This document shows, one piece after another, positions 30,527-40,815 of a stretch of 64,000 nucleotides of DNA. The notes below the pieces were generated by a model, which ran no database searches, was not told where the DNA came from, and worked only from the letters and a program-made list of their open reading frames with translations. Location: positions 1 through 64,000 of the forward strand of contig JBDLIE010000002.1 in NCBI GenBank assembly GCA_039715015.1. Reading direction: 5' to 3'. The DNA is from Thermodesulfobacteriota bacterium (GTDB taxonomy: Bacteria > Desulfobacterota > Desulfobulbia > Desulfobulbales > SURF-16). How positions within the stretch are numbered: the first letter of the stretch is position 1; each line of letters starts with the position of its first letter. Position numbers and translations under genes: made by a program.

Positions 30527-31123
30527 TTAGCTCGTGGCATCCCCATAAACATCCTCTAAGGGAATGGAACTCGGCAGCTTGCTGAGATCAACCTCTTCAG
30601 CGGCCTTAATTCCGGCAAGCAGGGCCTGGTAATTAAGTTCACGAAACTTCTCCGGCACTCTGGCAAGCACCGCCTTCTCCACACTACTTAGAGAAACCTT
30701 ACCGGATAATTTTGCCACAGCACCAATGGCGACAATATTGGCAACAATCTCCTTCCCCAATTCGCGGGCCATGGCCGTAAATGGTAATGAGATGGCCCGG
30801 CTTGTCGGAGTCTGATCGACAAAGGTAGAATCCACCACCAGCAATCCGTTTGGTTCAAAATCGTAGAAATAATCATCCAGAGCTGTCTGGTTCATGGCAA
30901 GCAGACAGTCCATCTTGATCACCTTGGGATAATCAATTTCTTTTCTGCTAATAATCAGCTCAGCCTTTGAATTCCCTCCCCGTGATTGGGGCCCGTAACT
31001 CTGGGTCTGGCAGACATGGAAGCCGTCATAGACACCGGCAGCCTCAGCCATGATGACTGCAGCGGTAATCACCCCTTGGCCGCCGGAGCCTCCAAACCGT
31101 ATCTCATATCGATCTTTTTCCAT
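30527..31123 (-). CDS. korC: 2-oxoacid:ferredoxin oxidoreductase gamma subunit
   Basis: RFGGSGGQGVI, QSYGPQSRGG; follows the alpha and beta subunit genes. Confidence 0.9.
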   Translation of the reverse strand: MEKDRYEIRFGGSGGQGVITAAVIMAEAAGVYDGFHVCQTQSYGPQSRGGNSKAELIISRKEIDYPKVIKMDCLLAMNQTALDDYFYDFEPNGLLVVDSTFVDQTPTSRAISLPFTAMARELGKEIVANIVAIGAVAKLSGKVSLSSVEKAVLARVPEKFRELNYQALLAGIKAAEEVDLSKLPSSIPLEDVYGDATS

Positions 31124-31146
31124 ATTCTCTACCTAATCAAGACAGG

Positions 31147-32037
31147 TTAATACTCGTCATCACGATCTGGCTCACATTGCACCTCAGGCTCTTCCTCGAT
31201 GGGGAAAACCTCATCACCGGCCCTGGCTCTGATTTTCTGATACTCTTTGGTGTAAAAAGGTTTGGTGATATTGGCAAGTACGCCAATGCTGAACTTCCCC
31301 TTCATCTCTTCTTCACTCATCTTTGCGGCCTTGGTCACGCTGACGGCATTTTCCTTCATCCAGAGCTGGAATGCCACAGGGTCTGGCATATTATTCTGGC
31401 GTCCGTAATAGGTATGACAATTTGAAACCACTTCAATCACGGCAAAGCCCTTTTTTTCAACCCCCTGCTTGATCAATTTATCAAGCTGGGGCACATGGTG
31501 CACCGTGCCCCTGGCCACATAAGAGGCGCCCGCCGTTACTGCTAATTCGGCAATGGAAAAAGCGTGCTCGATATTACCGTAAAAAGCTGTGGTTGCCTTG
31601 GCTCCGTAGGGAGTCGTTGGCGAATATTGGCCACCTGTCATGCCATAAATCTGGTTATTGACGATGATGGCCGTGATATTGAGATTGCGGCGGGCGGCAT
31701 GGATAAAATGATTACCACCAATGGCTGTGGCATCACCATCGCCCATAACCGTCAGCACCGTAAGCTCTGGATTGGCAAGCTTGATGCCGGTGGCAAAGGT
31801 GAGGGCCCGGCCATGGGTGGTATGCAAAGTGTTGAAATCAACATAGGCCGGCATCCTGCCGGTACAGCCGATTCCCGAGGCCAGAACAAGTTCATCCTGA
31901 GAAATATCAAGACTGGCCGTGGCCCGAATGAGAGAACCGAGAACAATCCCCAGCCCACAGCCAGGACACCAGACATGGGGGAATTGCATATCATGCCGTA
32001 AAAAATCGTGGCGGACCTTTGCAGCGTGTTCAACCAT
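31147..32037 (-). CDS. korB: 2-oxoacid:ferredoxin oxidoreductase beta subunit
   Basis: WCPGCG, SGIGCTG, HTTHGRA, GDGD TPP motif, YGMTGGQYSPT. Confidence 0.92.
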   Translation of the reverse strand: MVEHAAKVRHDFLRHDMQFPHVWCPGCGLGIVLGSLIRATASLDISQDELVLASGIGCTGRMPAYVDFNTLHTTHGRALTFATGIKLANPELTVLTVMGDGDATAIGGNHFIHAARRNLNITAIIVNNQIYGMTGGQYSPTTPYGAKATTAFYGNIEHAFSIAELAVTAGASYVARGTVHHVPQLDKLIKQGVEKKGFAVIEVVSNCHTYYGRQNNMPDPVAFQLWMKENAVSVTKAAKMSEEEMKGKFSIGVLANITKPFYTKEYQKIRARAGDEVFPIEEEPEVQCEPDRDDEY

Positions 32038-32054
32038 GGGTAATCCTCGCCAAG

Positions 32055-33197
32055 CTACATGTTTAATAATTTTTCAAAAATCTGATCAGGGGTAATCAGC
32101 AGGCCGTCAAAACGATTGAGCTGTTTTAAGGTGGCGCTCTTATTTACAGCCCGTACTTCGCGAACAATCTGGCCCATATTCATCTCTGGGACAAGCACAG
32201 CCCGGCATTGCCTGAGCACAGAGTCCACCGCCATTTTAGGAAAGGGGAAAAGGGTGACAAGCTGCAAAAAGCCGGCCTTAATGCCACGTGCCCTGGCCAT
32301 TTTCACGGCCCGAATGGCGGAGCGGGACACCGCCCCAAAGGTGATGATAGCCAGCTCGGCATCATCAAGCATATAGCCCTTGGTCATCTGGATGTCATTG
32401 GCACCGTTAGCGAGTTTGCGGGCCATCCTTTTATGGAAGGCCTTTACAACATCGGGCCGAAAACAGGGAAACCCCTTGGTGTCGTGCATAAGGCCGGTGA
32501 CATGATGCCGATAGCCGGAACCCATGGCAGCCATGGGCGGCACCCCACGGCTATTGTCTTCGTATGGTTCATACCATTCCGGTGGCACGCTGGGTTTGAT
32601 CCGGTTGAATACTTCCATGGGGTTATTGGGAGGTAAAGTCACAGCCTCGCGGGTATGGCCGACGATCTCATCTGCCAGGAGTATCACCGGCACTCGGTAT
32701 TTTTCAGAAAGGTTGAAGGCGTGAACCGTAATTTCATAGGAATCACCCACCGAAGAAACTGCCATGACGATAATGGCGTGGTCACCATGGGTGCCCCACC
32801 GGGCCTGCATGACATCAGCCTGGGCTGGTGAGGTGGGCATACCAGTGGATGGCCCTCCGCGCATGACATTAACCACCACAACCGGCACCTCTGTCATACA
32901 GGCAAAACCAAGATTTTCCTGCATTAATGAAAAACCTGGACCAGAGGTTGCGGTCATTGATTTCGTGCCAGCCAAAGAGGCCCCTATAATAGCGCCCATG
33001 GAAGCCAACTCATCCTCCATCTGGATGAAGGTGCCACCTATGGAAGGAAGGCGGCGGCTCATCTCCTCAGCAATCTCAGAGGATGGAGTAATGGGGTATC
33101 CCGCATAAAAACGGCACCCCGCAGCTAAGGCCCCCTCAACAATGGCTTCGTTACCTTGCAGCAGGTGTTTTTTATCCTTTTCTAAGCTGTCATCCAT
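32055..33197 (-). CDS. korA: 2-oxoacid:ferredoxin oxidoreductase alpha subunit
   Basis: GYPITPSSE, QMEDE, TATSGPGFSLM, RGGPSTGMPT, PEMNMGQ. Confidence 0.92.
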   Translation of the reverse strand: MDDSLEKDKKHLLQGNEAIVEGALAAGCRFYAGYPITPSSEIAEEMSRRLPSIGGTFIQMEDELASMGAIIGASLAGTKSMTATSGPGFSLMQENLGFACMTEVPVVVVNVMRGGPSTGMPTSPAQADVMQARWGTHGDHAIIVMAVSSVGDSYEITVHAFNLSEKYRVPVILLADEIVGHTREAVTLPPNNPMEVFNRIKPSVPPEWYEPYEDNSRGVPPMAAMGSGYRHHVTGLMHDTKGFPCFRPDVVKAFHKRMARKLANGANDIQMTKGYMLDDAELAIITFGAVSRSAIRAVKMARARGIKAGFLQLVTLFPFPKMAVDSVLRQCRAVLVPEMNMGQIVREVRAVNKSATLKQLNRFDGLLITPDQIFEKLLNM

Positions 33198-33238
33198 ATT
33201 CTTGGCACCGGCACTTTAGTTAATGAGACATTTGAACG

Positions 33239-33571
33239 TCAACCATCCCGCCGCCCTACTCGCCGGTCAGGATAGCGCTCCGTTATAGAAATGGCAAAAT
33301 CAGGACAATGGACCTCGCAAATCCGGCAGCCTATACAATCGTCAGCTCGCGCCACAATAGGCCCGCCCAAGTCGTTTTTATCGTAGACATGTTTTGGGCA
33401 GAGGGCGATGCAGATACCGCATGACTTGCACCAGTTGCTGTATACCGTCTGGGTGAAGAGTTTGATTCCCTTTTTGTCGAGATCAAGCTTCTTCTGCCAA
33501 TAATCATCAGGTCCTTTATCTTCAGCGGTTGCTCTCTTTTTTTTTGCCTTTGCGTTTTTTGCGGAAACCAT
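33239..33571 (-). CDS. korD: 2x[4Fe-4S] ferredoxin, oxidoreductase delta subunit
   Basis: WCKSCGICIALCP and CIGCRICEVHCPDFAI; Lys-rich N-terminal extension; start uncertain. Confidence 0.88.
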   Translation of the reverse strand: MVSAKNAKAKKKRATAEDKGPDDYWQKKLDLDKKGIKLFTQTVYSNWCKSCGICIALCPKHVYDKNDLGGPIVARADDCIGCRICEVHCPDFAISITERYPDRRVGRRDG

Positions 33572-33783
33572 CTCAGGACTCACTGTTTTTTCATGAATGG
33601 GATGTAACAATTTAATGATACACTTATTTTCACGTAAAGGAGGGAAAAAACCTCTTTTCCTGAGATTTTTTCGCTAATTAAGAGTAGATTGGCAAATATT
33701 TTACAAAGAAAATCATTTTCCCGGGGCTTGCTGAGGATTTTTCCTCTCAAAGCCACGGACAATTTCCTAAGGAGATAGACGTA

Positions 33784-34209
33784 ATGACAATTGAAGCAGG
33801 TAATCAGGTCAGTGTCCACTACACTGGCACCTTTGAAGATGGCGAGGTTTTTGACTCTTCCCAGGGCCGCGAGCCCCTCTCTTTTGAAGTGGGTGCCGGA
33901 CAGATGATCCAAGGTTTTGACCATGCCGTAGTAGGTATGAAAGAGGGGGAAAGCAAGAAGATCACCCTTGCCCCTGAAGAGGCTTATGGCCCCAGAAACG
34001 AAGAGCTTCTCGTGGATATTCCCAGCGCAAACTTCCCTGAGGACATGAAGCTCGAAGTAGGGATGATGCTCCAACTCACAAACCAGCAAGGCCAGCCAGT
34101 TCCAGCCACTGTTGCAGAAATTAATGACGAAAGTGTCAAAATGGATGTCAATCATCCCATGGCAGGCAAAACCCTGAATTTTGATATCGAAATCGTTGAA
34201 GTGAAATAA
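33784..34209 (+). CDS. FKBP-type peptidyl-prolyl isomerase (SlyD/SlpA family)
   Basis: VSVHYTGTFEDGEVFDSS..REPL, PEEAYG, DVNHPMAGKTLNFDIE; AGGAG RBS. Confidence 0.93.
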   Translation: MTIEAGNQVSVHYTGTFEDGEVFDSSQGREPLSFEVGAGQMIQGFDHAVVGMKEGESKKITLAPEEAYGPRNEELLVDIPSANFPEDMKLEVGMMLQLTNQQGQPVPATVAEINDESVKMDVNHPMAGKTLNFDIEIVEVK

Positions 34210-34221
34210 ATCAGCCTATTT

Positions 34222-34272
34222 TGGGATAACAGCGTGCCAATAATATTGGGGCCGCTGTTATCCCATTGTTTT
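34222..34272 (+). terminator. Terminator after the FKBP gene
   Basis: TGGGATAACAGCG...CGCTGTTATCCCA stem followed by TTGTTTT. Confidence 0.7.
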
Positions 34273-34588
34273 CCGATCAGCAAGTACACGCCTGGATCAA
34301 TAAGTAGAATCTTTTCTCTCGGCCAGCGCCTCTTCCCTTCCCAATCAAGTTTCTCATATTTTCCTCAGGAAAACCGAGAGCTTGTCATATCTTGATCATA
34401 TCATAAGCATTTTCAATGAACGTCACCCTCAATTGACGCCTGGCTATTTAGCTAATTTAGCTTGATATTTCGTCTAAAAATCCTCAAAATAACCTTATGT
34501 ACCAGCTATAAACACGTTTATTTTTTTCATATTAAAAGTTTAACAACTGAGGTTTAGCTCGCCTCAACCTGTACGGAAAAGAAATCTT

Positions 34589-36568
34589 ATGAACTGGAAA
34601 AACATGACCATTGGTAAAAAAATTATTTTTGGTTACAGCATCATTCTTATCTTGCTCGTCGGCATTACCGCCATCAGTTATTTCGGGGTGGGTACAATCA
34701 TCTATGATGCTGAAGAGGTCATTAGCGGCAAAGAGCTTGATTCTATCCTGGCTCAACGGGAAGGGGACCATCTCAAGTGGGCCCAGCAGGTCAACAGACT
34801 GCTCACCGATGACGCCGTCACCACCCTTAAGGTCCAAACCGACCATCGAGAGTGTGCCCTGGGAAAATGGCTTTTTGGCCAAGGGCGTCAAGAGGCCGAG
34901 CATCTCCTGCCAGGCCTCAAGCCGCTGCTCAAAGCACTTGAAGAACCCCATGAGCATATGCACAAGTCTGCCATTGCCATCAAAGCGGCGTACAAGCATG
35001 CAGATGTGACCCTGCCAATACGCCTTGTCGAGATTGATGCCGCCCACCGAAGCTGGGCCATGCGCCTGTTCACCGCCATTCTTAACAGGGATAGTGTGGT
35101 GAGAGGCGTTTCCACAGACCCCAAAACCTGTAAGCTCGGCACATTCATGGTATCTGATCAGGGTAAGGCCGCCTATGCCAACGGCAGCGCCGACTTCAAG
35201 GAGATGTGGGACAGTCTCCATGGAAGTCATAATGCCATGCATGCCACTGCTGGCAGAGTCAAGGAACTCCTGGCCCAAAAGAAATTTGATGCCGCTGCTA
35301 AAATTATGCAGAAGGAGATCTTGATCAATCTCAACGCCACCCTCTCTGTCTTGGATGAATTACGCTACGATGCGGAAGAAAATCTCCTCGGCATGAAAAA
35401 GGCCAACGAAATTTATAGCTCCACCACCCTGCCCCACATGAAAGAAACTTTGGAGGCTATTGGGGCAATCAGAAATTTTGTTGGCGAAAACATTATGACC
35501 GACAAGACCATGCTGGCGGCCGGCAAGAATACAAAAAACGCGGTCACAATTCTCAGCTTGGCGACGATTATCTTTGGCTGTTTCATCGCCTTTTTTACTG
35601 CAAAGAATGTTATCAATCTTCTCTCTGGCGCCGTTAATGCAATGGCTGAGGCCTCTCGCCAAATCACTGCTGTCTCCGGTCACATAGCCTCCTCCAGCCA
35701 AACCATGGCGGCCGGGGCTTCCGATCAGGCAGTGAGCCTGGAGAACACCTCTGCTTCACTGGAAGAAATCAACTCCTTAACCAGACAGAATGCTGATAAT
35801 ACCCAGCAGGCCGACACCACCATGAAAGGGGTTCAAGACAATATGTTGTCTGCAGATGGATCCATGGTCAAACTCACTGATTCTATGACTGAAATTTCCA
35901 AAGCCAGTGAGGACACCCAGCGCATTGTCAAAACTATTGACGAAATTGCCTTCCAGACCAATCTGCTTGCCTTGAATGCTGCGGTGGAGGCGGCCAGGGC
36001 CGGTGAGGCAGGTGCTGGTTTTGCCGTGGTTGCTGATGAGGTTCGCAACCTTGCTATGCGTGCTGCAGAGTCGGCCGGTGAAACCTCAACCCTTATCGAT
36101 TCCACGGTTGACAAGATCAAAACCGGCTCACAGCTTGCCCAAGAAACCAATGAGATGTTTAGTGTTGCCAATGAAGCATCTGATCGCATCTCAACATTGA
36201 TCACGGAGATATCCACGGCTTCAGGTGAACAGGCCAAGGGGGTTGATGTTATTAACTCCTCAATTACCCAGATTGAAACTGTCACCCAGGACAATGCAGC
36301 AACAGCAGAAGAGACGGCTTCCGCCGCTGAAGAGCTGGCCTCTCAGGTCATGGCCATGGACCAGACAATCCGTGAACTTCAGACCATGGTGGGTGGCAGT
36401 AATGGCGATAAACCTGCTGCAACGGCGACTCCCAGCCCCGCCGCACCTGCTAAACAAATTTCAGCCGTGCCAAAAGCGCAACAGCTTAGTATGCCATCCA
36501 AAAGCGCTGCCAAAAAAAAGGCTGAAGAAGTCATCCCCTTTGACGATGATGATTTCGAGGATTTCTAG
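34589..36568 (+). CDS. Methyl-accepting chemotaxis protein with two CZB domains
   Basis: Two TMs; two H-x2-W...C-x-LG-x-W/F...H-x3-H motifs; [26 protein letters not shown] signalling tip; C-terminal DFEDF pentapeptide. Confidence 0.93.
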   Translation: MNWKNMTIGKKIIFGYSIILILLVGITAISYFGVGTIIYDAEEVISGKELDSILAQREGDHLKWAQQVNRLLTDDAVTTLKVQTDHRECALGKWLFGQGRQEAEHLLPGLKPLLKALEEPHEHMHKSAIAIKAAYKHADVTLPIRLVEIDAAHRSWAMRLFTAILNRDSVVRGVSTDPKTCKLGTFMVSDQGKAAYANGSADFKEMWDSLHGSHNAMHATAGRVKELLAQKKFDAAAKIMQKEILINLNATLSVLDELRYDAEENLLGMKKANEIYSSTTLPHMKETLEAIGAIRNFVGENIMTDKTMLAAGKNTKNAVTILSLATIIFGCFIAFFTAKNVINLLSGAVNAMAEASRQITAVSGHIASSSQTMAAGASDQAVSLENTSASLEEINSLTRQNADNTQQADTTMKGVQDNMLSADGSMVKLTDSMTEISKASEDTQRIVKTIDEIAFQTNLLALNAAVEAARAGEAGAGFAVVADEVRNLAMRAAESAGETSTLIDSTVDKIKTGSQLAQETNEMFSVANEASDRISTLITEISTASGEQAKGVDVINSSITQIETVTQDNAATAEETASAAEELASQVMAMDQTIRELQTMVGGSNGDKPAATATPSPAAPAKQISAVPKAQQLSMPSKSAAKKKAEEVIPFDDDDFEDF

Positions 36569-36596
36569 AAACTGCTTCACAAAAGTCGCAACATTC

Positions 36597-36644
36597 ACAC
36601 ACCAAAAAGGCCTGCTGGAAAACCAGCAGGCCTTTTTGGTGTGT
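36597..36644. terminator. Bidirectional terminator between the convergent MCP and decarboxylase beta genes
   Basis: Perfect 22-bp inverted repeat ACACACCAAAAAGGCCTGCTGG-AAAA-CCAGCAGGCCTTTTTGGTGTGT. Confidence 0.85.
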
Positions 36645-36720
36645 AAGAACCATTAATCTTCACTGTCAGTAGAGCTCGAAGATCAAGAACTCATGTTCTT
36701 TGCCGATCAGGTGAAAGAAA

Positions 36721-37848
36721 CTAGAAGTTGCCCAACGCGGACCAGAGCACACCAGCAGCAATGGCAGATCCGATCACTCCAGAGACATTGGGCGCCATGG
36801 CGTGCATGAGCAGAAAATTAGAAGGGTCCTCCTTCTGGCCAACAGCCTGAACAACACGGGCCGAATCAGGTACAGCAGAAACTCCGGCAGCGCCAATAAG
36901 AGGGTTAATCTTCTCTTTTAAGAAGAGATTCATAAGTTTGGCAAACAGCAGGCCGCCGCCAGTGGCCACCACAAAGGACAATGCGCCGAGGACAAAGATA
37001 AAAATGGACTGGGGGTTTAAAAAGATCTGGGCCTGGGTGGAGGCACCAACCGTGAATCCAAGAAGAATGGTAACAATGTCAATGAGGGCGTTGCGGGCCG
37101 AGTTTGCCAAGCGGTCGGTCACCGTTGACTCTTTGAGAAGATTGCCGAAAAAGAGCATCCCCAGCAGGGTCATGGAACCAGGGGCAAGGAGAGCACATAT
37201 CAAGAAGGCCACTATGGGAAAGATAATGCGCTCGCGCCGCGAGACATGACGTGGCGGCTTCATATGAATCCGGCGTTCCTCCTTTGTGGTGAGCAGGTAC
37301 ATAACAGGAGGTTGGATAACCGGGACCAAGGCCATATAGGAATAGGCAGCAATGGCAATGGGTCCAAGAAGCTCTGGGGCTATCATTGAAGAAAGAAAGA
37401 TGGCGGTGGGACCATCCGCCCCGCCGATAATTCCAATGGCGCCAGCCTGCTGAACAGAAAAACCAAGAACAATAGCGCCGGCAAAGGTCAGGAAAACGCC
37501 GATCTGGGCTGCGGCCCCCAGCAGAATAAGCTTGGGGTTGGACAGCATGGTGGAAAAATCGGTCATGGCGCCGATACCCAGAAAAATCAGGGGGGGATAG
37601 ATACCCTTGGTCACACCGGCGTAAAGATATTTAAGAACGCTGCCGTCATCATAGACACTGAGCGGCATATTGGCGATGGGGGGAATATTACCGATTAAGA
37701 TGCCAAAGCCAATGGGCACCAGAAGTAACGGCTCGTAATCCTTGGTGATGGCCAGGACAATGAACACCAGGCCGATGACGATCATAATGGCATTGCCCCA
37801 CGTCATGTGGGCAAAGCCGGAATTTGTAAAAAAACTTGAGATTTCCAC
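36721..37848 (-). CDS. mmdB: Na+-translocating decarboxylase beta subunit (OadB/MmdB family)
   Basis: YEPLLLVPIGFG, GAMTDF, IGIIGGADGPTAIF, AAGVSAVP, NFLLMHAMAPN. Confidence 0.93.
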   Translation of the reverse strand: MEISSFFTNSGFAHMTWGNAIMIVIGLVFIVLAITKDYEPLLLVPIGFGILIGNIPPIANMPLSVYDDGSVLKYLYAGVTKGIYPPLIFLGIGAMTDFSTMLSNPKLILLGAAAQIGVFLTFAGAIVLGFSVQQAGAIGIIGGADGPTAIFLSSMIAPELLGPIAIAAYSYMALVPVIQPPVMYLLTTKEERRIHMKPPRHVSRRERIIFPIVAFLICALLAPGSMTLLGMLFFGNLLKESTVTDRLANSARNALIDIVTILLGFTVGASTQAQIFLNPQSIFIFVLGALSFVVATGGGLLFAKLMNLFLKEKINPLIGAAGVSAVPDSARVVQAVGQKEDPSNFLLMHAMAPNVSGVIGSAIAAGVLWSALGNF

Positions 37849-37859
37849 AGATTACCCGC

Positions 37860-38303
37860 CTAGTCTATTTCAACCATACCCTGGCCGTGGGTCACTGCAT
37901 CGCCCTGTCTCACCAGTATTTCTTTAATCACTCCGGAACGATGAGCCGTGATGATGTTCTCCAGTTTCATGGCCTCAAGCACCAAGAGTTTCTGGCCTTC
38001 AAGAACCTTCTCGCCGACACTGATGCAAATCTCAAGAATATGACCGGGGATCGGGGAAGAGATAAGACCAGTTCCGGCCGCAGCTACACGGGGGGAAGTG
38101 GCTGCCGGCTGGACCAGGGTAACCGGAGAGACAGGCTGAGTCTCGCCAACTGGCAAACTGGCAGTAGGAGTAAGATTTTTGATCTCATTAATGGCCACGG
38201 TATGCTCGACGCCATTGACCTTGGCAACCACCTCTTCATCGGTGACTTTGAGCACAGATACCGTATAAGGTTGACCGGATATGGAAAGATTATATTCTCG
38301 CAT
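37860..38303 (-). CDS. mmdC: Biotin carboxyl carrier subunit of the Na+-translocating decarboxylase
   Basis: SPIPG...LEAMKLEN biotinylation motif; Pro/Ala-rich linker. Confidence 0.88.
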   Translation of the reverse strand: MREYNLSISGQPYTVSVLKVTDEEVVAKVNGVEHTVAINEIKNLTPTASLPVGETQPVSPVTLVQPAATSPRVAAAGTGLISSPIPGHILEICISVGEKVLEGQKLLVLEAMKLENIITAHRSGVIKEILVRQGDAVTHGQGMVEID

Positions 38304-38337
38304 AAATTAAATAGGGGATGACGACGGGTTAGATTTT

Positions 38338-38727
38338 TTATCTACCTGACAAGGCGCTACGGCCGGCATGGGAACGGACGGACAGGCCATGGACCCGGCC
38401 GGAAATCTTCCAGGGTGAATCCAAATCACCATGGCTCTTCCAGGTTATCTTTTCATTCTCCTCAGGAAAATCTTGCTGAAGATGAAGAGCAACGGCAATG
38501 GCAAGGAGAATATCCTTTTCCACTGGTTCACTCTCTTCTTTATTTTTAACAGCCCTCTTTTTCAACCTTGACGGCAAAGCGAGGAGCTTGGGGAGAACGG
38601 CTATGTAGATGCTGATCACAAAAAGACCGGCAAAAACCATGATCATCCCGAAGATGCTGAAAAAAACAGCATTAAACTCAGGGGTAATCAAATTATCGAA
38701 ACTAATCTCGGCAAGGGAAAAATTCAT
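38338..38727 (-). CDS. mmdD: OadG/MmdD family membrane anchor subunit
   Basis: Single TM FGMIMVFAGLFVI, ILLAIAVAL helix, SPWKISGR; lies between the carboxyltransferase and biotin carrier genes; start set at ATG 38727. Confidence 0.8.
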   Translation of the reverse strand: MNFSLAEISFDNLITPEFNAVFFSIFGMIMVFAGLFVISIYIAVLPKLLALPSRLKKRAVKNKEESEPVEKDILLAIAVALHLQQDFPEENEKITWKSHGDLDSPWKISGRVHGLSVRSHAGRSALSGR

Positions 38728-38771
38728 TCTAATTTCATCCTCGGCAATGCAAAACACGCCATCAACTCTGG

Positions 38772-40325
38772 CTACAGAGGGATATTACCATGTTTTTTCA
38801 TGGGATTAGAATCCCGTTTATTTTTCAGCATCTCAAGGGCTTTGATGATCCGAAAACGGGTGCGGGCCGGTTCAATAATATCATCGATATAGCCGCGCTG
38901 TGCCGCAACATATGGATTTGCCATGGTGTCGCTATACTCTTGCTCCTTTTCGGCCAGAAAGGCGGCGGGATCATCAGAACCTTGCGCCTCGCGGGAATAA
39001 AGCACCTCCACCGCTCCCTTGCCGCCCATGACGGCAATTTCTGCGGAAGGCCAGGCATAGTTAATATCACCACGCAGATGTTTTGAACTCATCACGCAAT
39101 AAGCACCGCCATAGGCCTTTCTAGTCACCACCGTGACTTTAGGGATGGTGGCCTCGGCATAGGCATAGAGAATTTTGGCGCCGTTGCGGATCACCCCGTT
39201 ATACTCCTGGTTCGTGCCTGGCAAAAAGCCGGGGACATCCACCAGGGTCACCACCGGAATATTAAAACAGTCACAAAATCGCACGAAACGAGCCGCCTTC
39301 ACCGATGCATTAATATCAAGCACGCCGGACAGATGCATGGGCTGGTTGGCGACGATACCGACACTATGGCCGTTATATCTGGCAAATCCGGTAATAATAT
39401 TAGGAGCGAATTTCTCCTTAATCTCAAAAAAATCGCCGCCATCAACGGTGCCAACGATCACTTCCTTCATGTCGTACGCTTCGTTGGGATTTTCCGGGAT
39501 CAAGATATTAAGGGCTTCGTTACGCCGGTCAGGGCTGTCGTCGCTCATCACCAGAGGCGCACTTTCCATATTGTTCTGGGGCACAAAGGAAAGCAGCCTT
39601 TTTACATACTCAACAGCGTCTATCCCGCTCTCTGCCGCATAATCGGCAACGCCACTCTGGGAGGCATGCATATCAGCGCCGCCCAGTTCCTCAACAGTGA
39701 CATCCTCATGGGTCACTGACTTGACGACCTTGGGACCGGTGAGAAACATATAGCTATTGGTCTTGACCATGACGACAAAATCCGTGAGGGCTGGAGAGTA
39801 AACAGCGCCACCGGCACAGGGACCGAAAATAGCAGAAATCTGGGGAACCACACCGCTTGCCATCACATTGCGCTGGAAGATTTCCGAATAGCCGGCCAAG
39901 GCTTCGATTCCTTCCTGAATCCGGGCACCACCCGAGTCATTAAGGCCAATGACAGGCGCGCCATTTTTCACAGCCAGGTCCATCACCTTACATATCTTTT
40001 CCGCCAGAGTCTCAGAAAGGGAGCCGCCCAGCACGGTAAAATCCTGGGCATAGACATAGACCAGTCGTCCACCAACAGTGCCGTAACCAGTGACCACGCC
40101 ATCACCGAGAAAGACCTTGTCTTCCATACCAAAATTTTGGCAGCGATGGGTCTTGAACATGTCAAACTCTTCAAAAGAACCGTCGTCGAGGAGGAGGTTG
40201 ATCCGTTCACGGGCAGTAAGGCGTCCCTTGGCATGGAGGGTATCTATACGCTCCTGACCTCCGCCGAGACGGGCTTTCGCCCTTTTCTGCATAAGCTCAT
40301 CAAGTTTCTTTTGCATTAATGACAT
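38772..40325 (-). CDS. mmdA: Methylmalonyl-CoA/propionyl-CoA carboxyltransferase (MmdA/PccB family)
   Basis: [48 protein letters not shown]-terminal KKHGNIPL. Confidence 0.93.
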   Translation of the reverse strand: MSLMQKKLDELMQKRAKARLGGGQERIDTLHAKGRLTARERINLLLDDGSFEEFDMFKTHRCQNFGMEDKVFLGDGVVTGYGTVGGRLVYVYAQDFTVLGGSLSETLAEKICKVMDLAVKNGAPVIGLNDSGGARIQEGIEALAGYSEIFQRNVMASGVVPQISAIFGPCAGGAVYSPALTDFVVMVKTNSYMFLTGPKVVKSVTHEDVTVEELGGADMHASQSGVADYAAESGIDAVEYVKRLLSFVPQNNMESAPLVMSDDSPDRRNEALNILIPENPNEAYDMKEVIVGTVDGGDFFEIKEKFAPNIITGFARYNGHSVGIVANQPMHLSGVLDINASVKAARFVRFCDCFNIPVVTLVDVPGFLPGTNQEYNGVIRNGAKILYAYAEATIPKVTVVTRKAYGGAYCVMSSKHLRGDINYAWPSAEIAVMGGKGAVEVLYSREAQGSDDPAAFLAEKEQEYSDTMANPYVAAQRGYIDDIIEPARTRFRIIKALEMLKNKRDSNPMKKHGNIPL

Positions 40326-40368
40326 AGTCTATTTAGTTCTGGTCGGGATGATTCTTTAGGAGAGGAGA

Positions 40369-40773
40369 CTATTTCTTCGAACAGCAAAACTCGGTGAGAA
40401 CACCAAAGCTGGACTTAGGATGAAGAAAGGCAACTTCCTTGCCGCCGGCCCCCTGTATCGGTTTTTTATGGATCAAGGCACATCCTTGATCTGCAGCCTG
40501 CTTTAACTGGCCGTCAATATCATCGCTCCGGTAGGCGATATGATGAATGCCCTCGCCTTTCTTCTCTAAAAAAATAGCAATGGGACTGTCATCATGGGTG
40601 GGTTCGAGCAATTCGATATGCACTTCACCCACCGCAAAAAAAGCTGTTTTCACCTTCTGTGACGCCACCGTTTCTTCGCCTTCACAGACAAGGCCCAAGG
40701 CCTGCTCGTAAAATTTCCGGGCCTCATCAATGGAACGCACGGCTATACCAATATGATCAATTTTACTTAGCAT
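40369..40773 (-). CDS. mce: Methylmalonyl-CoA epimerase
   Basis: IDHIGIAV, IELLEP, GEGIHHIA, AFLHPKSSFGVLTE (VOC fold). Confidence 0.95.
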   Translation of the reverse strand: MLSKIDHIGIAVRSIDEARKFYEQALGLVCEGEETVASQKVKTAFFAVGEVHIELLEPTHDDSPIAIFLEKKGEGIHHIAYRSDDIDGQLKQAADQGCALIHKKPIQGAGGKEVAFLHPKSSFGVLTEFCCSKK

Positions 40774-40815
40774 TTAATGGTCATCCTTATATACGATTTT
40801 GTATGAAGAGGCAAA

